Shown here in pieces: positions 21,495 to 31,434 of a DNA stretch of 64,000 nucleotides. Each line of letters opens with the position of its first letter. Within the stretch, counting starts at the first letter, position 1. The DNA comes from an uncultured Luminiphilus sp. GTDB lineage: Bacteria; Pseudomonadota; Gammaproteobacteria; Pseudomonadales; Halieaceae. The translations under genes and the position numbers were made by a program. Under the pieces are notes generated by a model that made no database searches, had not been told where the DNA came from, and worked only from the letters and a program-made list of their open reading frames with translations. The DNA lies in NCBI GenBank assembly GCA_938091995.1, contig CALKNZ010000027.1, positions 3,150 to 67,149 of the forward strand. Direction: 5' to 3'.

Positions 21495-22315
21495 AGAATC
21501 GTCTCCCAAACACCCGAAACGTCGCCCGCAACGGAGACGTCAACACCAAGATCGGCGCCGTGGGCCCACTCGCGATGAAAGTCACTACCCAATGATACCG
21601 ACAGTTTTTTCTCCTTTGCCAGACGCCTGAGCTCGACAATCTCCGAATCCGACTGCCGGCCGTTAACAATCTCAATAGCTGCGCCACCAGCGATAGAGAA
21701 TGCGTCACACAAAGCGCGCAATTTGGTTCGAGAAAAACGATATTTCAAAGGATGTGCCAGAACGGGCACACCACCTGCAGCCACAATAACCGCAACCGAA
21801 TCAGCGAGGCTCGGCCACGGTGTTTTAATATCTCCGGGCTTGCCATTACCCAACCATTTATCAAAGGCGCGACTGACGGTGGGCATATATCCCTCAGACA
21901 CTAACCAGTGTGCAAAGTGTGGCCGGCAAATAGCGGCCTCCCCGGCCAATGCCTGGGCGCCATCCAGCGCACCTTGCGCACCGAGTTGCTCAAGTTTTGC
22001 CGCAATTTTCACCGCGCGATCACGCCGTATGCGCTGAAGATGATCGAGCATATCGACCAGCGCCTTAGAATTTGCGTTGACATTCAGGCCCACAACATGA
22101 ATCGTGGCGCCGCCCCACTGGCAGGACAACTCCACGCCACAGACAATGGTGATACCGTCACGCTGCAGGGATTGAGCAACTTGCCAGCCAGACAACGTAT
22201 CGTGATCAGTCAGTGCAAGCACCTCTACACCCCGATCAGCGGCTCTCGAAAGCAACTGAGCCGGAGTTAGCGCGCCATCGGATGCGGTTGTATGCGTGTG
22301 GAAGTCAATCAACAA
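21491..22315 (-). CDS. yciV: PHP-domain protein (YciV/TrpH, RNase AM-like)
   Basis: DFHTHTTASDG, ALTDHD, CRPHFA, LAHP, GSDFH; adjacent to yciO. Confidence 0.9.
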   Translation of the reverse strand: MLIDFHTHTTASDGALTPAQLLSRAADRGVEVLALTDHDTLSGWQVAQSLQRDGITIVCGVELSCQWGGATIHVVGLNVNANSKALVDMLDHLQRIRRDRAVKIAAKLEQLGAQGALDGAQALAGEAAICRPHFAHWLVSEGYMPTVSRAFDKWLGNGKPGDIKTPWPSLADSVAVIVAAGGVPVLAHPLKYRFSRTKLRALCDAFSIAGGAAIEIVNGRQSDSEIVELRRLAKEKKLSVSLGSDFHREWAHGADLGVDVSVAGDVSGVWETIL

Positions 22316-22412
22316 GGGCTCTAAACTCTCTAAAGTAATCCATAAGGTTAACAGAGATCATGATCGAGACGACGCACCCGCAGTTAGGCCTACCCGGAAT
22401 TGAGAGTAGCTC

Positions 22413-23012
22413 ATGAAACAGTTGGCCGAATTCCTGCCCATTATTATCTTTTTTGTGATCTACCAAATGGATGGCAGCACGATCAACCTTTTCACTTGGT
22501 CACATACGGTTGATGGAATTTACAGCGCCACTAAGGCCTTAATAGTGGCAACACTGTTTATCCTGCCACTTCAATGGTGGCTAACAGGCTATATTGAGAA
22601 ACGCCTGCTTTGGACGAGTGCCGCCGTATTCGTCTTTGGAGGTGCCACACTATTTTTTAGAAATGAACTATTTATTCAATGGAAACCCACCGTCTTCAAT
22701 TGGGGCATGGCGGCCGCCTTCGCCGTGTCACAATTTTGGGGCAAAAAAAATCTCATCGAGCGACTGATGGGCGCACAAATTCAAATTCCTCGGGCAATTT
22801 GGCGGCGAACTTGCTGGGTATGGGTCGCGCATTTTTCCATGGTCGGCACCCTCAACCTATATGTAGCCTATCAATTTTCAGAGGCGACTTGGGTATCCTA
22901 CAAGCTGTGGTCGGGTATAGGTTTCACCTTTTTTATTATGGTGATAACAATGATCATCATTGGCCCCTGGATAAAATCTGACGGTGTCAGCAAAGACAAC
23001 AGTGAGCTGTAA
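22413..23012 (+). CDS. yciB: Inner-membrane protein YciB (intracellular septation protein A)
   Basis: GIYSAT, FGGATL, FIQWKPT, LNLYVAY, WVSYKL. Confidence 0.93.
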   Translation: MKQLAEFLPIIIFFVIYQMDGSTINLFTWSHTVDGIYSATKALIVATLFILPLQWWLTGYIEKRLLWTSAAVFVFGGATLFFRNELFIQWKPTVFNWGMAAAFAVSQFWGKKNLIERLMGAQIQIPRAIWRRTCWVWVAHFSMVGTLNLYVAYQFSEATWVSYKLWSGIGFTFFIMVITMIIIGPWIKSDGVSKDNSEL

Positions 23013-23074
23013 AACAATGTACATAATCGATACCACACCTGTATTTGGGACGTTAAAGACAAGGAGAGCCACTA

Positions 23075-23782
23075 ATGACCCCACATAAAAGGCCCATTGG
23101 AGCACCTATGGCAGTCGTTGCGCTGCTTTTCCTAAACGGCACGATCTTCCCTGCCCTGTGCTTTGGCGAAGAACAGCGTTACATAACTGATGAAATTCTA
23201 GTCCCTCTGCGCAGTGGTGCGGGCGGCGAGTACCGCATCGTAAATAAAGGCTTATCATCGGGCACGGCGATTACCCAATTTGGGCTTTCCGAGGACGGTG
23301 TTTGGGCCGAAGTCGAAACACGCGGCGGTACCCGAGGCTGGTTGCGGGCGCAGTATACTCAAGTCGAAAGGCCCACTACGCTGATGCTAAAGGATGCTGA
23401 ACAGCGGTACGCCAAACTAGAAATCGATAGAAACAAACTTCGCAGCCTGCTGGATAATTCGCAATCGGTTGCTTATGAAGCCGATGGAGAGCTCGCCGAA
23501 CTCAAGGAAAAGCTCGCCGCCACTGAGGCTGAACTCAGTCAAATAAAGCAGATTTCTGGGGCGGCCATTGAGTTAGATGCACGAAACCAAACTTTAGCTG
23601 AGAGCCTCGAAACAAAACGCTCTGAGGCGGAACTGTTGAAACTGGAAAACATACGTTTGCAAGAGCGCATTAAAAGCAATCAAATGATCGACGGGGCGCT
23701 CGCCGTACTACTAGGCGTTATTATTATGGCCATCGCGCCAAAACTTATACCCAAACGACGCCGCAATGATGGTTGGTCTTAA
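23075..23782 (+). CDS. SH3-domain protein, YgiM/TIGR04211-like
   Basis: Signal peptide, RYITDEILVPLRSGAGGEYRI SH3 motif, coiled coil, C-terminal TM and PKRRRNDGW tail. Confidence 0.85.
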   Translation: MTPHKRPIGAPMAVVALLFLNGTIFPALCFGEEQRYITDEILVPLRSGAGGEYRIVNKGLSSGTAITQFGLSEDGVWAEVETRGGTRGWLRAQYTQVERPTTLMLKDAEQRYAKLEIDRNKLRSLLDNSQSVAYEADGELAELKEKLAATEAELSQIKQISGAAIELDARNQTLAESLETKRSEAELLKLENIRLQERIKSNQMIDGALAVLLGVIIMAIAPKLIPKRRRNDGWS

Positions 23783-23814
23783 GCAACTCTTTCCCACTAA
23801 CTGGAGTCCCTAAA

Positions 23815-24417
23815 ATGAAATACCTCTGCAGAATTTTGCTGATACTTGGGCTGCTAAGCAGCTCAGGCATGCTGTTGGCACAAGACAATGCAACAACACT
23901 CCGGGTCAAGCTCGTCACATCGGCCGGGGATATTACTATCAGGCTGTATCCGGAAAAATCGCCTGTTACGGTGGCTAATTTTCTTGCCTACGTTGATAGC
24001 GGTTTCTACAACGAGACAATTTTTCATCGGGTGATCAGTAACTTTATGGTGCAAGGCGGGGGTTTCACCACTGCGATGACTGAGAAAGAATCGGGTGAGC
24101 CCATAGTTAACGAGAGCCGCAACAAGCTACACAACATTCGCGGCACGATTGCGATGGCCAGGACCAGCGAACCCGATTCAGCGACGGCCCAGTTTTTCAT
24201 AAACCAACGCAGCAACCTGCAACTCGACTGGGCACCGGGGAAAGAGGGTTATACCGTGTTTGGCGAAGTTGTGAAGGGAATGGGCGTTGTCGACTTCATA
24301 GCCACGGCGGAAACCGACACGAGCCTAATGACTACCAGTTCGGGGCAACGTCCCTTCCAAGATGTGCCAGTAGAAGCCATCGTTATCAAGAACATAGTGC
24401 GCGTACCGGGTAAATGA
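23815..24417 (+). CDS. ppiA: Periplasmic cyclophilin-type peptidyl-prolyl isomerase
   Basis: Signal peptide from ATG 23815 (GGAG RBS), FHRVISNFMVQGGG, RGTIAMART, QFFIN, GYTVFGEV. Confidence 0.92.
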   Translation: MKYLCRILLILGLLSSSGMLLAQDNATTLRVKLVTSAGDITIRLYPEKSPVTVANFLAYVDSGFYNETIFHRVISNFMVQGGGFTTAMTEKESGEPIVNESRNKLHNIRGTIAMARTSEPDSATAQFFINQRSNLQLDWAPGKEGYTVFGEVVKGMGVVDFIATAETDTSLMTTSSGQRPFQDVPVEAIVIKNIVRVPGK

Positions 24418-25175
24418 CAGCACTCAGTATCAACCTGAATAAAATTGCCCTGATCCGCAATTCTAGGGTCACGAAGATTCCCAATGTCGTCACTCATGCG
24501 CAAATGTGTATTGCTGCGGGTGCAGATGGAATAACCGTTCACCCTCGCCCAGACCAACGACACATCCGTGCACAAGATTGTTTTGATCTCCAATCGAATT
24601 TGCCTGTTGAGCTAAACATAGAGGGCAATCCGTTTACCGAGCCCCGCTCAAGCGATCAACCACATGTGGGGGACTACCCCGGTTTTGTAGCACTCGTGCA
24701 AGAGGTGCGTCCCGCACAGGTGACTTTGGTTCCTGACAACGACCAGCAACTTACCTCTGATCATGGGTTTGATATTGCCAAGGATGGAAAGCGACTCGAA
24801 CCACTCATCAAGATTTTTAAAGACCAGGGCTTTCGTGTCAGCCTGTTTATGGATCCAGATCCCAAAGCCATGGCCATGGTCGCAGCTTTGGGTGCTGACC
24901 GCGTCGAGCTCTATACAGAAAGTTATGCCCGAGCCCATGAGCTTGGCAACTACAATAAAATCCTTGATGCTTTTACAGAAACGGCAGAAGCCGCTGTCGC
25001 GGCTCGATTGGGAGTAAACGCAGGGCATGACCTTAATCTGACCAACTTGCCTGACTTCAAAGTGCCACACCTTGACGAGGTTTCCATTGGCCACGCCTTT
25101 ACCGTAGATGCCCTTCGCTGGGGTATCAATGAAACTGTAACGCGCTATCAACAGGCCCTTGGCAAAACTGTCTAA
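24414..25175 (+). CDS. pdxJ: Pyridoxine 5'-phosphate synthase
   Basis: GITVHPRPDQRHIR, NIEGNP, QVTLVPD, RVELYT, NAGHDL, EVSIGHA. Confidence 0.95.
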   Translation: MTALSINLNKIALIRNSRVTKIPNVVTHAQMCIAAGADGITVHPRPDQRHIRAQDCFDLQSNLPVELNIEGNPFTEPRSSDQPHVGDYPGFVALVQEVRPAQVTLVPDNDQQLTSDHGFDIAKDGKRLEPLIKIFKDQGFRVSLFMDPDPKAMAMVAALGADRVELYTESYARAHELGNYNKILDAFTETAEAAVAARLGVNAGHDLNLTNLPDFKVPHLDEVSIGHAFTVDALRWGINETVTRYQQALGKTV

Positions 25176-25181
25176 CCGGTC

Positions 25182-25898
25182 ATGACATCGAGCCATGACA
25201 TTAATCCTGATCTTCCGCCCTATCTTGTACCCCACAGTCAAGAAAACATCCGTATCCTCTACGCCGATGATTCTTTACTCATTATCGACAAACCACACCT
25301 GCTGCTCAGTGTTCCAGGGCGTCATCCACTCAACCGCGACTGTCTGATCAGTCGGCTAGAACGCCGTTACCCAGGTGTTGCCGCTGCCCATCGCCTAGAC
25401 CTTGATACCAGTGGCATCCTCGTTGTTCCGAGAAATAAAACAGCGCTCATAGCACTCAATAAGCAATTTCAAGATCGCGCCGTTCTTAAAACCTATCGCG
25501 CCCTAGTTTATGGTTCGGTGAAAGATGATGCTGGTCAGATAGACCTGCCCCTCATAAGAGACTGGCACAATCGCCCCAAGCAGAAGATTTGCAACGATAC
25601 CGGCAAGCCGTCTCTGACCCACTACAGAGTGCTTGACCGGCGGTCCAACGGCTCTCTATTAGAATTAAAGCCTATCACCGGGCGCTCCCATCAACTGCGC
25701 ATTCATCTTATGGCACTGGGTCATCCAATAATGGGATGCGATCTTTATGCCCATCAGGAAGCATTGCTGGCAGCACCCCGCCTACTGCTCCACGCTTGTC
25801 ATTTAACTTTCAGGCATCCAATAACCCACGGGCTTTTAAGCGCCTATTCTCCAGCACCCTTTGATGTAAACGGACTGCTGCCCTTGAGACCGGGCTAG
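25182..25898 (+). CDS. rluA: RluA-family pseudouridine synthase
   Basis: DKPHLLLSVPGR, HRLDLDTSG, PITGRSHQLRIH, RLLLHA. Confidence 0.9.
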   Translation: MTSSHDINPDLPPYLVPHSQENIRILYADDSLLIIDKPHLLLSVPGRHPLNRDCLISRLERRYPGVAAAHRLDLDTSGILVVPRNKTALIALNKQFQDRAVLKTYRALVYGSVKDDAGQIDLPLIRDWHNRPKQKICNDTGKPSLTHYRVLDRRSNGSLLELKPITGRSHQLRIHLMALGHPIMGCDLYAHQEALLAAPRLLLHACHLTFRHPITHGLLSAYSPAPFDVNGLLPLRPG

Positions 25899-25953
25899 TC
25901 CACTTAACGGGGTCTGTGCGTAGTACTACCGCAGCCCCCAAAGGAACACTACC

Positions 25954-26457
25954 GTGGTGAGTAGCTCCCATAAGAACGATGTGCATACCATCATCGCTAA
26001 GCCTGATCATTCTTCCACGTGGAGAAATAATCTTTGGTTCCTGGCGGCGATCGCAGTTCCGTCTCTGGGCGCGGCCATCGGCTTTGCCTTTCTCGGTGCT
26101 TGGCCCATCCTGCCCTTCGCGGGGGCGGAGCTGATTTGCTTGAGTGGGGCCCTGTATTATGTGAATTGGAAGTTGCAGTACAGGCATGTTATTTCACTGG
26201 ATCAAAACAGCGTACAAATTGACATTGGTCATTACGCCCCGCGAAAAAGCTGGCACTTCGATCGCCAAGAGTCATCATTGGCCGTAACCCCGGAGAAACA
26301 TCCCTGGGAAGGTCCTAAGCTTGCGATACATAACCGAGAGCAAACCGTTGAAATCGGCAATTTTCTGAACCGCGACGACCGCTTACTTTTACTGTCGCTA
26401 GTCCGCAAGGAATTAAAAGTTGGCACGCATAGCGCACCCGGAGCCAGACAACTTTGA
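25954..26457 (+). CDS. DUF2244-family membrane protein
   Basis: Two TM segments with GAWPILPFAGAE and C-terminal VEIGNFL, recalled as DUF2244 motifs. Confidence 0.8.
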   Translation: MVSSSHKNDVHTIIAKPDHSSTWRNNLWFLAAIAVPSLGAAIGFAFLGAWPILPFAGAELICLSGALYYVNWKLQYRHVISLDQNSVQIDIGHYAPRKSWHFDRQESSLAVTPEKHPWEGPKLAIHNREQTVEIGNFLNRDDRLLLLSLVRKELKVGTHSAPGARQL

Positions 26458-26531
26458 GGTCCTGAGGAGTTCACAGGTACACTGCGCTCCTCTTGCCTTA
26501 TTTCACATCGCCCCAAACGGCCTTGAACGTT

Positions 26532-27854
26532 ATGACCACGAATTCTGAAAAAGTTGGCTTTATCTCACTTGGCTGCCCAAAAGCTCTGGTGGACTCCGAG
26601 CGAATACTCACCCAGCTCCGCTCTGATGGTTACGAGGTCACACCCAGCTACGAAGATGCAGGGGTTGTGATCGTGAACACCTGCGGATTTATCGATAGTG
26701 CAAAAGCAGAATCACTCGAAGCCATTAGTGAAGCCATACAGGAAAACGGCCGAGTTTTGGTCACTGGCTGTATGGGCAAAGGCGATGATGCCCGGCGGAT
26801 CCAAGATCTCCATCCGAATATCTTAGGCATTTCAGGACCGGCAGCCTACGAAGAAGTGGTTGGTGCCGTGCATGAGGTCATTCCCATGACCCGAAAACCT
26901 GATCCTTTGCAGGATTTGATTCCCGCCCAGGGAATCAAGCTCACCCCAAGGCACTATGCGTATTTGAAAATTTCAGAGGGCTGCAATCACCGCTGTAAAT
27001 TTTGCATCATTCCCAGCATGCGAGGGGATCTTGTGAGTCGACCCATTGGCGATATCATGCGAGAAGCCGAGGCGCTAGTGAGAGCTGGGGTCCGAGAATT
27101 ATTGGTCATCTCTCAAGATACCAGCGCCTATGGTGTAGATCTGAAATATCGAACCGACTTTTGGAACGGCAGACCCCTTAAATCTGACCTACTGACACTG
27201 GCTAAAACCTTGGGAGAGTTTGGCATTTGGGTCCGCCTCCACTACGTGTACCCCTATCCCAACGTGGATGCCCTCATTCCGCTGATGGCGGAGAAAAAAA
27301 TCCTGCCCTACCTAGACATACCCCTCCAGCACGGCAGTCCATCGGTGCTACAGCGTATGAAACGACCCGCCGCCGCAGAAAAGACCCTAGAGCGCATTAA
27401 GCGCTGGCGAGAAATTTGCCCTGATATCACCTTGCGCTCTACTTTTATTGTCGGCTATCCGGGTGAAACTGAAGCTGAATTCCAAGAACTACTCGACTTT
27501 ATTGACGAGGCCCAGATTGACCGCGCGGGTTGCTTTCAATATTCGCCAGTGAAAGGGGCCACCGCCAATGACCTGCCCAACCCCATTTCCGAAGCGGTAA
27601 AACAGGAGCGTTGGGATGCCTTCATGGCAAGACAGCAAACCATTAGTGCAAACAAACTAGCCCACAAAGTTGGCACCACCCAAGCCGTGCTTATCGATGA
27701 AGTTGAGGGTGATCACGCCGTTGGTCGAAGCATGGCTGATGCTCCAGAAATCGATGGCGTGGTGCATCTTACGGCGCCTCCCGGACTTAAACCCGGTGAC
27801 CTCGTAGAGGGTGAAGTTTCTGCCGCAGACGACTACGACCTCTGGATGACCTAG
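26532..27854 (+). CDS. rimO: Ribosomal protein S12 methylthiotransferase
   Basis: [32 protein letters not shown] radical-SAM triad, DAPEIDG TRAM domain; ATG 26532 preferred over TTG 26493. Confidence 0.97.
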   Translation: MTTNSEKVGFISLGCPKALVDSERILTQLRSDGYEVTPSYEDAGVVIVNTCGFIDSAKAESLEAISEAIQENGRVLVTGCMGKGDDARRIQDLHPNILGISGPAAYEEVVGAVHEVIPMTRKPDPLQDLIPAQGIKLTPRHYAYLKISEGCNHRCKFCIIPSMRGDLVSRPIGDIMREAEALVRAGVRELLVISQDTSAYGVDLKYRTDFWNGRPLKSDLLTLAKTLGEFGIWVRLHYVYPYPNVDALIPLMAEKKILPYLDIPLQHGSPSVLQRMKRPAAAEKTLERIKRWREICPDITLRSTFIVGYPGETEAEFQELLDFIDEAQIDRAGCFQYSPVKGATANDLPNPISEAVKQERWDAFMARQQTISANKLAHKVGTTQAVLIDEVEGDHAVGRSMADAPEIDGVVHLTAPPGLKPGDLVEGEVSAADDYDLWMT

Positions 27855-27864
27855 GACTCATCCG

Positions 27865-28575
27865 GTGAATATTATTTTATGTGAAGCAAGTGAGTTGTCA
27901 TCGGATCATATGATTAGGCTGTCTGGTCGACGTTACGAGCATATACGTAACGTTCTCAAGTGCGCCGTGGGTGACCAAGTGCGTGTGGGCATCGTTGATG
28001 GGGCCAAGGGAACTGGACAAGTATTGGCAATAAATACTGAGACACTAGAGCTGCAGGTCGAACTGAAGGAACCGCCGCTCCCCTACCATCCGGCCACGCT
28101 AATTTTGGCATTACCCCGCCCAAAAATGTTGCGCCGGATTCTGCGCAGCTGCGCGGAATTTGGGGTTCAAAATATTCACATCATCCAGAGCTACCGAGTC
28201 GAGAAGAGTTATTGGCAAAGTCCCCTGCTACAACCACAAAAAGTGCGACAGGCTTTACTGGCAGGACTTGAACGAAGTGGTGACACTCGATTGCCTAAAA
28301 TCACATTGCATCGACGATTTAAACCTTTTATCGAAGACCAATTGAAGGAAATTGCCGAGGGAACACCGATATTGCTGGCGCATCCGGGGGATTTTTCCCC
28401 TATGGAGACCTCGTTTACCGAACCGCGGTTGATCATGATTGGCCCTGAAGGGGGCTTCATACCCTATGAAGTGGACCTAGCCTGTCAGGCAGGTGCGCAA
28501 CCCAGAACCTTAGGAACGCGCATTCTCAGCGTTGATACAGCAGTCCCGGCAGTACTGGGTAGAGCATTAACTTAG
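27865..28575 (+). CDS. rsmE: 16S rRNA m3U1498 methyltransferase family (SPOUT)
   Basis: HIRNVL, LPRPKML, IGPEGGF, LGTRILSVDTA. Confidence 0.88.
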   Translation: MNIILCEASELSSDHMIRLSGRRYEHIRNVLKCAVGDQVRVGIVDGAKGTGQVLAINTETLELQVELKEPPLPYHPATLILALPRPKMLRRILRSCAEFGVQNIHIIQSYRVEKSYWQSPLLQPQKVRQALLAGLERSGDTRLPKITLHRRFKPFIEDQLKEIAEGTPILLAHPGDFSPMETSFTEPRLIMIGPEGGFIPYEVDLACQAGAQPRTLGTRILSVDTAVPAVLGRALT

Positions 28576-28632
28576 GCCATAAAGTGGCTCAGTAGTTAAT
28601 TCTGTCCGTGAGGCCTGCAATATTTTTTGGGC

Positions 28633-29310
28633 CTAGCCCGACTGGGGCAGAGCCTCTGCAACACCTGTACCTACGGGGCAAGTGACGCCGGTACCGCCCA
28701 AACCACAATAACCCGCAGGATTTTTGTGTAGATACTGCTGATGGTAGTCTTCGGCATAATAAAAGACCGGGGCATCACAAATTTCCGTCGTGATTTCTCC
28801 AAACCCGGAGGCACTTAATTCCCTTTGATATAGATCTCGAGAATCATTGGCCGCCTTACGCTGGCCTTGATCAAAGCAGTAAATACCACTTCGATACTGG
28901 GTGCCCATATCGTTACCCTGTCGCATGCCTTGGGTTGGATTATGGCCCTCCCAAAACAGCGTCAATAGCGACTGATAGGGTATCTGCTCTGGATCAAAAA
29001 CCACCAAAACCACCTCATTATGGCCCGTCTGTCCCGAACAGACCTCTTGATAACTGGGATTCGGGGTAATACCGGCGGCGTAGCCAACAGCCGTAGTATA
29101 AACACCCTCAGCTTGCCAAAACTTTTTCTCAACGCCCCAAAAACAGCCCATACCAAACATTGCACTTGCAAGATGCTCCGGGTACGGCGGACAAATAGGA
29201 TGCCCCAATACGGCATGGTGATTGGTGACTGGCAGAGGCGTAGACCGGCCGGGCAAGGCCGTTTCTTCGCTGGGCAGTGCCCGCTTACGGCGAATATCAA
29301 AAAGGCTCAT
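28633..29310 (-). CDS. msrA: Peptide methionine sulfoxide reductase A
   Basis: [42 protein letters not shown]. Confidence 0.98.
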   Translation of the reverse strand: MSLFDIRRKRALPSEETALPGRSTPLPVTNHHAVLGHPICPPYPEHLASAMFGMGCFWGVEKKFWQAEGVYTTAVGYAAGITPNPSYQEVCSGQTGHNEVVLVVFDPEQIPYQSLLTLFWEGHNPTQGMRQGNDMGTQYRSGIYCFDQGQRKAANDSRDLYQRELSASGFGEITTEICDAPVFYYAEDYHQQYLHKNPAGYCGLGGTGVTCPVGTGVAEALPQSG

Positions 29311-29569
29311 GTGATCTCTGACTGCGTCTAATAAGGCCTAGAGTGTAGCCAACCTCACCCTTCGTCGACAAATGCACGCATAATTTGCGCCTGGCATCCC
29401 ATTTTGCTGTTTGTCTTTGGCGCAAATCTTGAGCGTAGTCGCAAAGACTCTGAGTTTTAACGACAAATTCAACCCATCCATGGGTGCGGTCTCAATCAGT
29501 AATGGGTAGCTGAACTTTGAGTGACTTGACCAACAGCGCTGATCAAGGTCTCATCGCTACTTCAGTTCC

Positions 29570-30277
29570 ATGCAGAGAAATACGCTCATTAGCAAAGATC
29601 TCACTCCAAAAGCCCGTCAGTCCGATGTTGCCGCCTTTATTGGCAAGGCCAAAGCCATTAAAACCATTAGCACTCGGCAGTCACGGTTACTGTTTGCGCT
29701 GGACGCCACCGCCAGTAGAGAGGCAACCTGGCAAACAGCAAGGCGCCATCACCGTGAGCTATATGATGCCACGGCTGATACCTCTAGCCTCGCTATTCAA
29801 CTTTGCTACTACCGAGGCTTCAATGAATTTAACACCAGTCATTGGTTAACTTCTGGGCCAGAATTGCGCGCGCGCATGGATGGCGTCACCTGTGAAGGCG
29901 GCCCGACACAAATAGCCCGTGTACTCCGTCATTATCTCGAGGTTGGGACTCCCGCAACACCCGTCCGCGCCTTGATCTTTATTGGAGATGCTGTGGAGGA
30001 GCCACCGGCCACTTTATTAAAGCTGGCGGGACAGTGCCGGCTGAAAGGTCAGCCCATCTTTACATTTCAGGAGGGTTCAGACCCAACAACGGCACATGTT
30101 TTTTCTGAAATTGCGCGAATCAGCGGTGGGGCTTTTGCTGCGCTTGGAGAACAAAGCGCAGATCACCTTCGACAGCTACTGGGCGCTGTAGCGCGTTACG
30201 CCGCCGGAGGACGGCATGCACTTACTCAATCGGGTACTGAGAGTGATAAACTCTTGCTTGCCCAGCTGCCAAAGTAA
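29570..30277 (+). CDS. Stand-alone VWA-domain protein
   Basis: LLFALDATASRE (DxTxS MIDAS variant), GGPTQI, FIGDAVEE, IARISGGAF. Confidence 0.82.
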   Translation: MQRNTLISKDLTPKARQSDVAAFIGKAKAIKTISTRQSRLLFALDATASREATWQTARRHHRELYDATADTSSLAIQLCYYRGFNEFNTSHWLTSGPELRARMDGVTCEGGPTQIARVLRHYLEVGTPATPVRALIFIGDAVEEPPATLLKLAGQCRLKGQPIFTFQEGSDPTTAHVFSEIARISGGAFAALGEQSADHLRQLLGAVARYAAGGRHALTQSGTESDKLLLAQLPK

Positions 30278-30315
30278 TCTCAAAGCAGCTCCACCAATAA
30301 GGAAACCTCTTAAAC

Positions 30316-31044
30316 GTGCCAAGGATTATCCTTTTAATAGCCATCGCTATCGCCCTGGTCCTCCTCGTGCGTCGAATACAGGCCATGCCGCCGCACAAGC
30401 GCCGAAGTGGCTATATTCAGCTCATACTGGGCGTTGCAGCTCTCGCTGCGATTGTTCTCACCGCAATGGGGAAAATGCATTGGGTGGGCGCCGCTGTTAC
30501 CGGATTACTCGTAGCAGCACGTCAAATGTTACCGCTTCTAATACGCGCCTTTCCGTTATTGCAACAATGGTCTCGCCAGAAACCCTCCCCCGATGGTCAA
30601 CACTCGGAGGTGAAAACCGCATTGCTGCGCATGACACTCGATCACAGCAGTGGTGAGTTGCAAGGCGAAGTTCTGGCAGGCCCCTTCGCTGACTGGACGC
30701 TGGCCGAAATGAGTCGAGAACAGTTGCAGGCCCTATACAGTTATTGTCAGGAGCAAGACGCCGACTCGGAGCAGCTTTTAATCAGCTACCTTGAACAGCG
30801 TTTTCCTAATGGTTGGGAACACGATGAAACCAATCAGTCAAACGAGCAAGCCCCTTCAGGCTCGATAACCCGAAGCGAAGCGCTAGCAGTTTTAGGCTTG
30901 GCTGAAGATGCTACACGAGATGATGTGGTCACAGCGCATCGTAGCCTGATTCAAAAAATACACCCCGACCGTGGCGGCAACGACTACCTAGCCGCTAAAA
31001 TCAACGAAGCAAAAGACTTTCTGATCAAAGACATGGCAAGTTAG
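30316..31044 (+). CDS. Membrane-anchored J-domain co-chaperone, Pam18/Tim14 (TimB)-like
   Basis: N-terminal TM helices; C-terminal short J-domain EALAVLGL...HPDRGGNDYLAAKINEAKDFL. Confidence 0.88.
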   Translation: MPRIILLIAIAIALVLLVRRIQAMPPHKRRSGYIQLILGVAALAAIVLTAMGKMHWVGAAVTGLLVAARQMLPLLIRAFPLLQQWSRQKPSPDGQHSEVKTALLRMTLDHSSGELQGEVLAGPFADWTLAEMSREQLQALYSYCQEQDADSEQLLISYLEQRFPNGWEHDETNQSNEQAPSGSITRSEALAVLGLAEDATRDDVVTAHRSLIQKIHPDRGGNDYLAAKINEAKDFLIKDMAS

Positions 31045-31081
31045 TAAAGCTACGACTCCCCCATAAATATCAAGGTATCTC

Positions 31082-31432
31082 ATGAGCACCGTTTTTATTG
31101 TTAGCAACCACGATGGCCACTACTGGGGCCGGGGCAAACGATGGGTTGATGGCCAGGACAGCAGTCGTGTACTCACCCTAACGCATCGAGATGAGGCCGT
31201 TAATAGCGTTTTCGAGTTGAGCTCTAAAGACGTACTTTTACGCTGTGACATTCTCACATTGAACCTTATAGACGGGAAGCTGCCCAAACTGCAGGTTTCG
31301 AGTATTCCATTACCGGAAACGGAGGAGGAGGCCAAACTTAATAGTCAGGAGAGCTTAGAGATAGCGCCCCTTGAAAAAGAACCGTCTGCCCCTATTTCTA
31401 ACACTAATGAGAATCACACTGGAGAGCTCTGA
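31082..31432 (+). CDS. Hypothetical protein
   Basis: 116-aa ORF with AAGG RBS filling the gap between the J-protein gene and htpX; no motif recognised. Confidence 0.65.
   Translation: MSTVFIVSNHDGHYWGRGKRWVDGQDSSRVLTLTHRDEAVNSVFELSSKDVLLRCDILTLNLIDGKLPKLQVSSIPLPETEEEAKLNSQESLEIAPLEKEPSAPISNTNENHTGEL
31370..31397 (+). promoter_or_regulatory. Putative sigma32 (RpoH) promoter for htpX
   Basis: CTTGAA (31370-75), 14-nt spacer, CCCTATTT (31390-97) against consensus CTTGAA-N13/14-CCCCATNT; htpX is a known RpoH target in E. coli. Confidence 0.65.
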
Positions 31433-31434
31433 CA

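Noticed and set aside
29392-29408. Sigma54 -24/-12-like TGGCATCCCATTTTGCT upstream of the VWA gene
   Set aside because: GG-to-GC spacing is 11 nt rather than the strict 10 nt.
29419-29465. GCAAA...GTCGCAAAG resemblance to a c-di-GMP-I riboswitch
   Set aside because: No GNRA-capped P2 or tetraloop receptor could be built; only short-word similarity.
29517-29849. 110-aa alternative-frame ORF overlapping the VWA gene
   Set aside because: No motif; overlaps a gene with clear VWA signature.
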